Positions 1 to 9,777 are shown, numbered from the stretch's first letter. The stretch: 54,792 bases of DNA from an uncultured beta proteobacterium (GCA_903845455.1 CAIMXN010000304.1:1-54792); one strand, 5' to 3'. Program-made: numbers and translations. The notes: generated by a model not told the origin, from the sequence alone.

Positions 1-1
1 C

Positions 2-1072
2 AATACCTTTGAGGTGGATACGGTTGAAATGCACGGTAAAGCCTTTACCGTAACAGTAGTCGACCTTGTCAATGCCGATCAAGCGCACATCAGTGACAAA
101 GACTTTGTGATCGGTAGCACTCACTCTGACACCTTTACTGTAGAAGATGATCGTATTACTGTTAATTTGAATCACACTAATGATGAGGGTAAATATATTC
201 TATCCCTCACTCATGGTTCAGATGCTGATTTGCCAAACGGCACTGACTGGAGCAACATCTATGCCAAGATCAGGGTAGGGGATGATGATCATTCATATCA
301 GTACGTTAAAGTTGGCCAAACCTTAGAGACTGATGATGGAAAGCATATTTCTTTTGCTGACAACAATCTCTACGTGAGAGATGTCAATTCTGTTAGCAGT
401 GAGAAAGATGACTCTGGAGTTAAATATACCTACAAAGCTCTTTCATTGGGAGAAGCTAGTGAAGATCTAAGCTTTAAAGTCACCGACAAAACTGGTGCCA
501 AAGAAGAGGATATTAAACATTGGAGTGATTTACATGTTTCATCAGGCTCTGATGATCATGAATTTAGCTCCCACATAGAATCGCTTGATGTTTCTAAAGG
601 AGATCACCTCAATTTTACTAACCTGGAAGGTCTTGGTAAAGGCGACTCGATTAATGACACTATCTATATTGGTGAGAACTATCAATCTCATTCCGATATC
701 ACGATCGGTCATGGTGACAATCGCTACAACGTAGCAACGATTGATAACCATTCTGGGTCAGACGGCAAGTACTCTGAAGTGACATCCCGTGATTTGATTG
801 CCAATCAAAATACCAATGGTGCTAGCTGGACAGACTCTATTGAGGTGAAATCAAGTTACGACCCTACTCAAGTTGACCATGCAGGTAATGCAACTACACC
901 AGATCATGGTCATTGGGTTTATTCAGTTGAAAATGGCAGCGCTCATTTGGATGCTGAACATAACACCTTGAATATCACCTCAGATCCTGGCAAGACTGCA
1001 TCTGTTGAAATTCAGACTGGTGATGGTCATGTGTTTAAAGTGGATCATGTGGATAAGATCCACTGGAGTTAA
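2..1072 (+). CDS. C-terminal part of a large secreted/surface protein (5'-truncated by the window)
   Basis: The frame is open from base 2 (aat acc ttt gag gtg), so the gene starts upstream. Asp/Ser/Thr/His/Gly-rich, Cys-free and beta-strand-like; ends ...DGHVFKVDHVDKIHWS, followed by a terminator. Confidence 0.6.
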   Translation, partial: NTFEVDTVEMHGKAFTVTVVDLVNADQAHISDKDFVIGSTHSDTFTVEDDRITVNLNHTNDEGKYILSLTHGSDADLPNGTDWSNIYAKIRVGDDDHSYQYVKVGQTLETDDGKHISFADNNLYVRDVNSVSSEKDDSGVKYTYKALSLGEASEDLSFKVTDKTGAKEEDIKHWSDLHVSSGSDDHEFSSHIESLDVSKGDHLNFTNLEGLGKGDSINDTIYIGENYQSHSDITIGHGDNRYNVATIDNHSGSDGKYSEVTSRDLIANQNTNGASWTDSIEVKSSYDPTQVDHAGNATTPDHGHWVYSVENGSAHLDAEHNTLNITSDPGKTASVEIQTGDGHVFKVDHVDKIHWS

Positions 1073-1110
1073 TGTTTTGAGCGGTTTGCTTATTAAGTAA
1101 GCTGTAGGCT

Positions 1111-1149
1111 AATCCCCATATACCTTTCGGTTTATGGGGATTTTCTTTT
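1111..1149 (+). terminator. Rho-independent terminator
   Basis: Stem aatccccata..acc / ggt..tatggggatt followed by ttctttt, between convergent genes. Confidence 0.8.
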
Positions 1150-1203
1150 GGATGTTTTGCTTGTTTGAGGTAGTCGTTCTACTTACTGCTTATTGCTCAC
1201 AAC

Positions 1204-3465
1204 TTACTTCTTCGTAAACGTAAAGCTACCATCCCAATGATCTCCAGGAGGATTGTCTCTGAGGAGTGCAATTCTCTCTAGGTAGAGTTGGTAGAGAACT
1301 TCACCCGTTGCCCGGTGATCTCTTAGAAGCGCTTCTAGTTGTGATTGCGCACTATCCCACTCTTGCTTACGGTATGCAGCTAAGGCTTGATCAAAGAGAG
1401 CTAGGGCGGTCAGGGCTTCTTGGTTAACCTGACCTTCAAAACCCATCGGCTCATAGATGGTGACGGCAATATCTTTTCCCTTGACTCTTACCTTATCAAG
1501 TTCACGGGCAGTGAGGTCAGGTAATGCAGTGCGTGTATCTGGGCCAATGATGATGGCGACACCATATTCTTTTGTGATGCTCTCAAGACGTGAGCCCAAG
1601 TTCACGGCATCACCCATTACTGTGTATGCCAAGCGTATTTCTGAGCCCATGTTACCAACGCTCATACGTCCTGTATTTAGGCCAATACCTACTTTAATGG
1701 GAGGCCAGTTGCGGGCTGCAAACTCTGCATTGATATGATCAATCGCCTGAATCATTTCAAAGGCGGCAACGACACCGTTTCTGGCATGACTCTCATCGGA
1801 TAGTGGGGCGCCCCAGAATGCCATGATGCAATCGCCCATGTATTTATCAATAGTTCCACGATTGTGATAAATGATGCGAGTGAAGGGCGTTAAGAAGGCG
1901 TTAATAAATTCCGAAAGGGTCTTAGCGTCGAGTGACTCAGAAATAGTAGTGAAGCCTCGGACATCACTAAAGAGTACGGTCATTTCTCGGCTTTCACCTG
2001 CCATGCTGAAGTTAGCTGGATTCTTAGCCATCTCATCAACTAAGTCTGGCGGGACATATTGACCAAACAGGCCTGTGATCAGGCGCTTGCTGCGAGACTC
2101 AATGAAATAACCAAAACCGATGTTCCAAAGATAGGTTAGTAAGACTACACCCAAGATACTGGCCAATGGCAGCACAATGCCTTTGTGATAACTAAAGAGA
2201 TTGAGGCCAAGCATGGCCACAATAGCTACACCAGCAAGCATGGTGCCGCGTAAAGGATTAAGCCAAGGCAGTACTAAAGCTAGTATTAAGCCCAAGCTTA
2301 CGACTAAAGCGAAGTTCGCAGTGTGCGTCCAAAAGGGCGCTTGCTTAATCGTGCCATCCAAAATTCCTGCAATTAAATTCGCATGAATCTCTACTCCAGG
2401 GTAGGCCTTACCTACGGGGGTAGCGCGCAAGTCTAGTAAACCTGGTGCAGTGGTGCCGACCAAGACGATCTTTCCTTCAAGACGATCTTTACTGATCGAT
2501 TTATTGAGGATGTCACTTGCGGAAATATATTCAAAACTCTTGTAAGGGCCGCGGTAAGGAATGTAACTGGTGAGGTTTTCATCTACGGGTAAGAGCGCAC
2601 CGCCGACATCTAGGTATTCAAGTGCGCCAAAGTCATTGGGGCTAGCGCCATCGGCAAGTACTGCTTTGGGTGGAATGCTACCGAGTAAAGTACGCGCACT
2701 TGCGAGAGCCAAAGACTCGTAATATTTGCCGTCATGCTCAATGAGCATCGGCATTCTTCGGATGATGCCGTCAGGATCGATTGAGGGGTTAACATGCCCC
2801 CCATCTGCAGCGCTCTTTTGTAAATTGGCAAGATTGCCGGTGTAGCCTTGTCTTACCGTGGGGTCTACCAAACTGGGTGGCAGATCTTCGCTGGTCAAAG
2901 CTGCTGGTGGCAAGATCCCTTTCTTTTGCGTGTCGCCGGGTATTAAGAAACTAAATCCTAAGACGGTAGGGCGGTCAAGCAGGCTTTTGGCAAAGGCCCC
3001 ATCTAAATCGAGAGAAGGCTTGAGTTTGCTAAAGCGGGCCTGAAAAGCAGCATCGTTCTTGAAGTCTTCACGGGCTAGTTTTTCAAAGGTCCGAATACCA
3101 GAGGATTCATCGCGCTCAGAAAAGATCACGTCAAAACCGGTCATGTTGACGTTGTAATCATCAAAGAGGCGGTTTAAGAGTAAGGCAAGTCGGTCTCTGG
3201 GCCAAGGCCAGCGCCCTTCGCCACCCGCTTCGCGTTCACGCAGGCTTTTTTCATCGATATCAACAATCACAATGCGAGAATCCACCCCTCCTGGGGCAGT
3301 CAGCCTGAGGCGTGCATCGTAAATCATGCCGTCTAAACGCTCTACCAAGGGAATTTCGAACCAATTACCTGCTTGCGCCATAAAAATCAGGGCAATCAGC
3401 AGCCCCAATAGGGTGCGAATGGCACGACTTTTAGAGATGTGGAGTTTCTTAAAGGGATTAATCAT
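1204..3465 (-). CDS. CHASE2-domain class III adenylate cyclase
   Basis: CHASE2 motifs (IVIVDIDEKSL, GRWPWPR, DPDGIIRR, YPGVEIHA), three TM helices, and cyclase motifs VLFSDVRGFT, IDKYMGDCIMAFW, GIGLNTG, YTVMGDAVNLGSRLE. The Lys/Thr specificity pair indicates ATP as substrate. Confidence 0.92.
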   Translation of the reverse strand: MINPFKKLHISKSRAIRTLLGLLIALIFMAQAGNWFEIPLVERLDGMIYDARLRLTAPGGVDSRIVIVDIDEKSLREREAGGEGRWPWPRDRLALLLNRLFDDYNVNMTGFDVIFSERDESSGIRTFEKLAREDFKNDAAFQARFSKLKPSLDLDGAFAKSLLDRPTVLGFSFLIPGDTQKKGILPPAALTSEDLPPSLVDPTVRQGYTGNLANLQKSAADGGHVNPSIDPDGIIRRMPMLIEHDGKYYESLALASARTLLGSIPPKAVLADGASPNDFGALEYLDVGGALLPVDENLTSYIPYRGPYKSFEYISASDILNKSISKDRLEGKIVLVGTTAPGLLDLRATPVGKAYPGVEIHANLIAGILDGTIKQAPFWTHTANFALVVSLGLILALVLPWLNPLRGTMLAGVAIVAMLGLNLFSYHKGIVLPLASILGVVLLTYLWNIGFGYFIESRSKRLITGLFGQYVPPDLVDEMAKNPANFSMAGESREMTVLFSDVRGFTTISESLDAKTLSEFINAFLTPFTRIIYHNRGTIDKYMGDCIMAFWGAPLSDESHARNGVVAAFEMIQAIDHINAEFAARNWPPIKVGIGLNTGRMSVGNMGSEIRLAYTVMGDAVNLGSRLESITKEYGVAIIIGPDTRTALPDLTARELDKVRVKGKDIAVTIYEPMGFEGQVNQEALTALALFDQALAAYRKQEWDSAQSQLEALLRDHRATGEVLYQLYLERIALLRDNPPGDHWDGSFTFTKK

Positions 3466-3615
3466 GATTTCGGGCTTCCAAAGGGTGGAAACAGCTTATT
3501 TTTCAGAAGATATTAACATTTACAGGTTTCATAACAAATCTTATGATGTTTGATAATCCAGAGGTACCGCTAAGATCATTGGTTGGCTATCTTGGCACCT
3601 ATATAGAATGAATGA

Positions 3616-5802
3616 ATGTCAAAAATTTGCAAAGTGAATATATCCCCCGGGGTATTTATGGTGGATGTGCCCACAGCAAATCTCCGGATTTTGTGTGGCT
3701 GCCCACCGGATTGCATTAAGCATTTAATTAAGGCGGGCATAGTTAAGCCCACTGAAACTGCAGGGGTTGATCATGAAACTGGCCCCAATGCCATATTGCT
3801 ATCGGATCTGATATTACAAAACGACAGCTTTGCCAATATGGCAGAGTTTCCGGTATTGCAGATGCTCTATCACCAAGGGATGTTGATTCCGGGGCATCCT
3901 AATAACAATGGTATTAAACCGCTCTTGCTGGGTAATGAGCAGCAGATTAATGCGCAACTCAATTACATTTATCGTGGCAATTACGGACTGATCTCCGAAA
4001 CTGAAATGCTGGAGGCTGGAGCAAGCCCAGCTGATGCCAAAGAATTAATGAACATCAAGCTTAAGTTTGCCTTTGGCCATATTGCTAATAGCAAAGAGTT
4101 GTTGGATACCTTGATCATTTCTGATCAAGCTCAGGAAATACGCCAAGCAGTCACGATCAAAAGAATTCAGACCAATGTATTTGAGCTGGCCTACCAAGGT
4201 GAAACCGTACAGGTTGATTTAAACCTAGCTAAGGGTCAACGATACCAATCCCCTATTACTCTGGAGAGTCGCCAGATTGATTTGGAGCATTTTGCGGTCA
4301 TTCATAGTGGTGAAGGTGACGGTTGGGATACAAAGCGATCTGCGATGTCCTCCATTTTGATGCACAAAGGGCGACTGTATTTGATTGATGCCGGACCCTC
4401 GGTGATGCAAACCTTACAAGCGCTCGGTATTGGCTTAAATGAGATCGCAGGTTTGTTTCATACGCATTCACATGATGACCATTTTGCTGGTCTGCCAGAT
4501 TTAATCCGCGGTGACCGACGCTTAAAATATTACGCAACTCCTTTGGTCAGAGCATCTGTAGTGAAAAAGTTTTGTGCTTTGCTCTCGATTGAAGAGTCTG
4601 AGATTTCACACTATTTAGATTTTCAGGATCTCAACAGCAATCAATGGAATCATATTGATGGTTTAGAAGTTCGTCCTGTTATCTCGCCCCATCCCGTAGA
4701 GACGACCATATTTCAGTTTAGAGCGCCATGGCAGGGGGGCTTTAAGAGTTACTCACACTTAGCTGATATTTCCTCCTTTGCTTTATTAAATGAATTGATT
4801 GAAGAGACTGGGTCATCTAATCAAACTTCTTTTAGTCAGATGGCAATGGATGCCTATATAGAACCAGCAGATATTAAAAAGATTGATATCGGTGGTGGTT
4901 TGATTCATGGTGTTGCGACAGATTTTAAAGAGGATCATTCCAAAAAGATTGTTTTAGCCCATACGGCCTTGCCCTTAAATCCTGAGCAGTCGCAGATAGG
5001 ATCGAGCGTGCCCTTTGGTGCGGTGGACGTTTTGGCTGCAACTGGGCAAGATTTTGAATATGAGCATGCCAATGCCTATCTCAGAGAACTGCATGCAGGA
5101 ATTTCTGATGCGGATATTGAGAGACTGTTAGCAAACCCAATAGTAAGCTTTGCACCAGGGGAAAACTTGCTGACAATTGGGCTTGTCCAGGAGGAAATGT
5201 ATTTAATCCTGAGAGGTTACCTTGAGTTACGCGATGCCCATGGTAAAGCCACGACTACTTTCACTGCTGGTACTTTGGCTGGAGAGCTATCAGGCTTACT
5301 TGGTAAACCTACTGTTTATGATCATATTGCTCGCTCTTATGTGCAGGCATTAAAAATTCCGGCAACACTGTATCGGGAAATTTCTATAAAAAATAACTTA
5401 TACCCCGATTTAAAAGCTACGCTGGAAAAGCGCCTTTTCATGTTCTCCTGTTGGCTTTTTGAGGAAGGCATTTCTTGTGCCGCTCTTAATTATTTAGTTG
5501 CTTCCTTGCAAGCAGTGAGTTTTAAGATTGGACATTCAATAGATTTGACATCTACAGGTGATGTTTTTCTTGTGCAACAGGGCGGGGTAGACATTTATTG
5601 TGATGAGCTCTTGATTCAATCAGTGGGACAGTATCAATTTTTTGGAGAAGATGCAGCAGTTGGGCAAGGACGCATCATTAATCGCGCTGTAGTAAACCAA
5701 GACACTATCTGCTATCGAATCGATGCGCTTTTGCTGGCTCGCTTGCCTGTCTGTCGTTGGAAACTGTTCCAAATCCATCGCAAGAGGCTATTACAGCAAT
5801 AG
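3616..5802 (+). CDS. Metallo-beta-lactamase-fold hydrolase with two C-terminal cNMP-binding domains (putative cyclic-nucleotide phosphodiesterase)
   Basis: LIDAG and HTHSHDDH (HxHxDH) metal motif, plus SPHPVET. Two CAP_ED-like segments (EEMYLILRG...AGELSGL; DVFLVQQG...FFGEDAA). Confidence 0.8.
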   Translation: MSKICKVNISPGVFMVDVPTANLRILCGCPPDCIKHLIKAGIVKPTETAGVDHETGPNAILLSDLILQNDSFANMAEFPVLQMLYHQGMLIPGHPNNNGIKPLLLGNEQQINAQLNYIYRGNYGLISETEMLEAGASPADAKELMNIKLKFAFGHIANSKELLDTLIISDQAQEIRQAVTIKRIQTNVFELAYQGETVQVDLNLAKGQRYQSPITLESRQIDLEHFAVIHSGEGDGWDTKRSAMSSILMHKGRLYLIDAGPSVMQTLQALGIGLNEIAGLFHTHSHDDHFAGLPDLIRGDRRLKYYATPLVRASVVKKFCALLSIEESEISHYLDFQDLNSNQWNHIDGLEVRPVISPHPVETTIFQFRAPWQGGFKSYSHLADISSFALLNELIEETGSSNQTSFSQMAMDAYIEPADIKKIDIGGGLIHGVATDFKEDHSKKIVLAHTALPLNPEQSQIGSSVPFGAVDVLAATGQDFEYEHANAYLRELHAGISDADIERLLANPIVSFAPGENLLTIGLVQEEMYLILRGYLELRDAHGKATTTFTAGTLAGELSGLLGKPTVYDHIARSYVQALKIPATLYREISIKNNLYPDLKATLEKRLFMFSCWLFEEGISCAALNYLVASLQAVSFKIGHSIDLTSTGDVFLVQQGGVDIYCDELLIQSVGQYQFFGEDAAVGQGRIINRAVVNQDTICYRIDALLLARLPVCRWKLFQIHRKRLLQQ

Positions 5803-5848
5803 CTTAGGTAAACCTCGATAGATCTGAGATAATCTTCTGAAAAGAAGA

Positions 5849-6745
5849 ATGATTATCAATAATCCTATCTATTTAAGCCATCCAATATCGAAACTACTTT
5901 CGAAAATACTGTGGATGATTTATGGATGTCTATTGATCCCAGGTTTGAGTAGCGCTGCTTGTTTGGGTGATTTGAATTCTAAAAAGATATATTCAGTTTA
6001 TGTCGTGCCCCAATATTCGATCAGTGAGATTTATACAAGCTGGTCACCTCTACTAGAGAAGGTGGGCATTGATACCAAGCAGTGTTTTAACTTGGTGGTA
6101 CCCAATACCATTCCTGAATTTGAAAAAGCGGTTTTTGCTGGTAAAGCAGATTTTGCTTACATGAACCCCTACCATGAAGTTATTGCCTATCATGCTCAGG
6201 GCTATCAGCCTTTATTTGCAGATGGCACGCATTTGCTTGATGGGATCATCGTTGTTCGCGCGGATAGCCCCTACAACACTTTGGCTGATTTACGCAATAC
6301 CAAGATTGCATTTCCCTCTCCTAATGCATTTGGCGCCTCTTTGTTAATACGTGCCACCTTAGCTAAGGCCGGTGTTCCTTTTCGTCCTGAGTATGTAAAG
6401 TCACATTCAAATGTATACAGGGCAGTTATTTTGGGAGATATGCAGGCTGGAGGTGGTATTCACTCTAGCCTGGAGCATGAACGTCCCGAGATTAAGGAAA
6501 AGTTAAGGGTTTTGTATAGCACTCCCAGTTATCGTCCTCATCCCTTTGCAGCACACCCGAGAGTAGCACCAAGCGAAATGGAGACCATTCGTGGCGAGTT
6601 CATAAAACTGACAAGTGATGCGCTGGGTCGTCAATTGCTTGCCGGCATTCAGATGCCCAATCCTGTTTCTGTGTCTTATCAAAAAGACTATCAAGTATTA
6701 GAAGGTTTAGGCCTTTCTAAGTATGTGGTAATTGATGCGCGTTAA
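5849..6745 (+). CDS. PhnD/SsuA-like (phosphate/phosphite/phosphonate-type) periplasmic substrate-binding protein
   Basis: Signal-like N-terminus; DFAYMNPYH, GIIVVRADSP, IAFPSPNAFGAS, HSNVYRAV, PHPFAAHPRV motifs. The true start may lie further downstream. Confidence 0.85.
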   Translation: MIINNPIYLSHPISKLLSKILWMIYGCLLIPGLSSAACLGDLNSKKIYSVYVVPQYSISEIYTSWSPLLEKVGIDTKQCFNLVVPNTIPEFEKAVFAGKADFAYMNPYHEVIAYHAQGYQPLFADGTHLLDGIIVVRADSPYNTLADLRNTKIAFPSPNAFGASLLIRATLAKAGVPFRPEYVKSHSNVYRAVILGDMQAGGGIHSSLEHERPEIKEKLRVLYSTPSYRPHPFAAHPRVAPSEMETIRGEFIKLTSDALGRQLLAGIQMPNPVSVSYQKDYQVLEGLGLSKYVVIDAR

Positions 6746-7925
6746 TCGTCGCCAAAGTGTGACTAAGGTCGCGCTAGCGAGAGCGGTTTATGCGATCGTG
6801 GGAGTAGTTTCACTCATGATGTTGGCGACGAGCATTTGGACTTACTACAGTATTAGTCAAATACTGAGCATTACCTTGGAGCGGCGTGATACGGCGTTTA
6901 TTAAAGGGGTAACACTCGCAGTGAGTGATGCACTGATTGCCCATGACTATGTTGAAATCGAGACAAAATTGCAACAGGCGATGCTCAATCAAAATGTACT
7001 CTCTATATTGGTAGCCGATACCAAGGGCGATGCTATGGTCTATTTGCGACGTCCAAATGCAAATTCTGAACCGCTATTGATATTCGATGAACCCCAAGTC
7101 ACGCCTCCTAATATCGCTTTAGGTGAAATAAAAAAGATCAAACAAGAAGAGGGCGCTGAAGTTTGGAGTCAGATCTTTTTAGGTAGGCCCGTGGGGTGGG
7201 TCAGAATGACGGTCTCTACAGAGATTGCTGATCAAATTTTATCTACACTCAGAAGAAATATTGTTTTAAGCGTTGCGGGTTTATTTTTGTTAGTGATTGC
7301 AGTCATCACAATCTTTATGCGGCATTTTTTCAAAGGCATTCATCAACAAGAACTTGCTCTCATTGACGCTAATCAAACACTTGATGAAGTGGCGCATATC
7401 GATACCTTAATTGGCCTACCAAATCGCCTGGGTTTAAATGAACGTATTTTGCAGGCAACCCAACGCTGTTTAGAGCAGGGTGGTATCTTTGCTGTCTGTT
7501 TTTTGGATTTAGATGGCTTTAAGGGTATTAATGACACCTTAGGTCATCATGCTGGCGACCAATTACTCATTGAGGTTGCAAAACGTCTACGATCGGTAGT
7601 TCGCGAAGAAGACTCAGTTGTTCGCGTTGGGGGTGATGAATTTGTATTGCTATTGGGTGGTCTGATAACACAACAAAAGAGTAAATATTCGCTCAATAGA
7701 ATCATTAAAGCAGTATCAAAAACTTACGTGATTAATGGCGGTCTTGTAGAAATTTCTGCCAGTCTGGGAGTGACTTTCTATCCCTTTGATAATGGATTGC
7801 CTGAGCAACTTTTAGAGCATGCTGACGAGGCAATGTATGCAGCCAAGAGAAATGGTAAAAACCAATGGTTTTTTTATCAAGGATCGCAAAAAGATTTATT
7901 TGAGAATTCCCCAGCTACGGGCTAA
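6735..7925 (+). CDS. Membrane-bound diguanylate cyclase (2 TM, periplasmic sensor, GGDEF)
   Basis: DTLIGLPNR, FLDLDGFKGINDTLGHHAGD, intact GGDEF with RxxD I-site (REED), ADEAMYAAK. Overlaps the upstream gene. Confidence 0.92.
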   Translation: MRVNRRQSVTKVALARAVYAIVGVVSLMMLATSIWTYYSISQILSITLERRDTAFIKGVTLAVSDALIAHDYVEIETKLQQAMLNQNVLSILVADTKGDAMVYLRRPNANSEPLLIFDEPQVTPPNIALGEIKKIKQEEGAEVWSQIFLGRPVGWVRMTVSTEIADQILSTLRRNIVLSVAGLFLLVIAVITIFMRHFFKGIHQQELALIDANQTLDEVAHIDTLIGLPNRLGLNERILQATQRCLEQGGIFAVCFLDLDGFKGINDTLGHHAGDQLLIEVAKRLRSVVREEDSVVRVGGDEFVLLLGGLITQQKSKYSLNRIIKAVSKTYVINGGLVEISASLGVTFYPFDNGLPEQLLEHADEAMYAAKRNGKNQWFFYQGSQKDLFENSPATG

Positions 7926-7957
7926 GGCTAATCAGCTTAAATCTTGGCTTATCGGCA

Positions 7958-8950
7958 TTACTTGCCCAATTTCTTTGATAGTTGATGTGAAGGTTTTTCG
8001 ATCACAAAATAGAACATCGTAGTAAATACCGTTACAGCAACTATATATAGAAACCAATTGACATGGGCTGCAGCGAGAAGACCGCTGTATACGGCCAAGG
8101 GTATTGCCAATGAGTGGGTTAAATACAGTGAATAGGACCCTTTGCCAAACTTCGCTAAATGAAGCAGTAATTTTGAATATGCTACTTGGGTTAGCTCTGA
8201 ATAGAGCCAGTAAAAAATGACGGGCCCAAGCAAGCACATTGTCAGAATGCTGCTGACTTGTTTAAATAGGTCGCTCAATCCTAGTAATAGGCCGATGACT
8301 ATTATCAACACCCTTAATCCTATAAGAACCTTGAAATTTTCTAAGTATTGAAGTCGGCCATCTTTTTTGATTAAGGCTTCAGCCAACAAACATCCTAGCA
8401 GCCAAAGAGGCAAGCCAAAGAGGGGTGCCAAGATAAAAGTTTCATAAGGGTTAGGACCAAGCCAATCTCTGATGATGGTCATCAAGATAAAAGCATAATA
8501 AGAGGCTAATATTATTTTGATATGAGAATATTTTCGTAATATCAAGAGAATGATTGGATACAGAGCGTAATAAATAATCTCACAATATAAAGACCAGAGA
8601 ATTCCTAATAACAGCGGAAAGTTATGCAATATTTCTGTCGAAATGGGTATTGCAATAGCAATTGGGGGAATAATGCGAATAAATCTTGCTTTATAGAATT
8701 TAGGTATATCTAGGTTTATATGAGTCACGTATGGGGCATGAATGCATAAGCCTGAAATGACAAAGAAAATAGCAACGGCCCAGTAGCCGTTAACTGCAAA
8801 ATTATCTGGAAGGGCGTAGTAACTGGGGAAAAAGTGGGAAAGCACCACCCAAGCCGCACAAAGAAAGCGCAGGCCATCTAAAGTCGGGTAGTAGGGTGGT
8901 TTTGAGGTAGATGGAGATTGCATGAAGAAGTTTGCATTGTAGGGTGTCAC
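7958..8950 (-). CDS. Acyltransferase family 3 (OafA-like) membrane O-acyltransferase
   Basis: LDGLRFLCA..VVLSH, AVAIFFVISG, FYKARFIRIIP, WSLYCEIIYY, GKGSYSLYLTH, IEKP motifs. Alternative ATG start at 8923. Confidence 0.9.
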   Translation of the reverse strand: MTPYNANFFMQSPSTSKPPYYPTLDGLRFLCAAWVVLSHFFPSYYALPDNFAVNGYWAVAIFFVISGLCIHAPYVTHINLDIPKFYKARFIRIIPPIAIAIPISTEILHNFPLLLGILWSLYCEIIYYALYPIILLILRKYSHIKIILASYYAFILMTIIRDWLGPNPYETFILAPLFGLPLWLLGCLLAEALIKKDGRLQYLENFKVLIGLRVLIIVIGLLLGLSDLFKQVSSILTMCLLGPVIFYWLYSELTQVAYSKLLLHLAKFGKGSYSLYLTHSLAIPLAVYSGLLAAAHVNWFLYIVAVTVFTTMFYFVIEKPSHQLSKKLGK

Positions 8951-9304
8951 TACAAAGTATTTCAGTTGACGTTAGGGTTGGTGGGATGCTTGCCGCTATG
9001 TAATTTCCCGCCGATTTTTACTAATACTGGCTTTTTCCTAAAAACTACCCATCTAGCAGTAAGAGGGTTCAACAGAGATTTTTTTTCTACTATCCCAGTC
9101 GGCTTATTCCCTCATGTAAGCACCCAAAAGTAGCTTCATCAGAATGTCAAACCAGAGCGCATAGCTAGCTTACTGTAAAAGAATGTAAGTCATTGTTTAT
9201 AATGAATAAATATTAATCTCAAATGAATTTCTGCATTTTATTGCACAGCAAAAAACTATACCAATAGTTATATAAAAACAGTAGAAAAAATGGTTATAGT
9301 ACTC

Positions 9305-9382
9305 ATCTACTACTTTAGGTGGTAGATAGGCATGAAAAAAACTACCAAAAAAAGAGAATTTATCTACTACTCAAAATAGTAG
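9305..9382. promoter_or_regulatory. Two inverted-repeat boxes CTACYA-N7-TRGTAG (putative transcription-factor sites)
   Basis: CTACTA-CTTTAGG-TGGTAG (9307-9325) and CTACTA-CTCAAAA-TAGTAG (9364-9382), both within ATCTACTACT; half-site CTACCA at 9342. Confidence 0.55.
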
Positions 9383-9426
9383 GGTAGTCACATTCTTTGT
9401 GACTCATCCATCAATAGTATGGATAC

Positions 9427-9777
9427 ATGAAAACAGGTCGCCAATCCAGCTCAAAACCACAACGCCGTGGCGCACCCAGAATTAATTCGCGTCTGCCGAT
9501 TGTAATGGGCAACAAGACCGGAGTTTCGAAAGATATTAGCGCAACTGGCATGTGTTTTGAGTTTGATGAACATCGTGAAGTCGGTTCAGTCATCAACTTT
9601 TGGGTATCACTGGAAACACCAGGCGGCCCACTGAAATTGAGCTGTGAGGCTGAGGTAACAAGAGTTGAGAAGAATGGCGAAAAAGTAATAGTAGGCGTAA
9701 AGCTTTTGAATCAAACAATTGAAGCATTAAAAGACAACGAAATTTTAAATCAAGGATTGACCGGAGATAAATTATGA
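9427..9777 (+). CDS. Single-domain PilZ protein
   Basis: RxxxR (RGAPR) and DxSxxG (DISATG); ATGA-type overlap with the next gene. Confidence 0.85.
   Translation: MKTGRQSSSKPQRRGAPRINSRLPIVMGNKTGVSKDISATGMCFEFDEHREVGSVINFWVSLETPGGPLKLSCEAEVTRVEKNGEKVIVGVKLLNQTIEALKDNEILNQGLTGDKL

Noticed and set aside
3592-3608. TTGGCACCTATATAGA as a sigma54 site upstream of the MBL gene
   Set aside because: The -24 element matches, but there is no GC at -12.
8918-9133. 71-aa ORF in the acyltransferase upstream region
   Set aside because: No RBS or recognisable motif, and it overlaps the acyltransferase start on the opposite strand.
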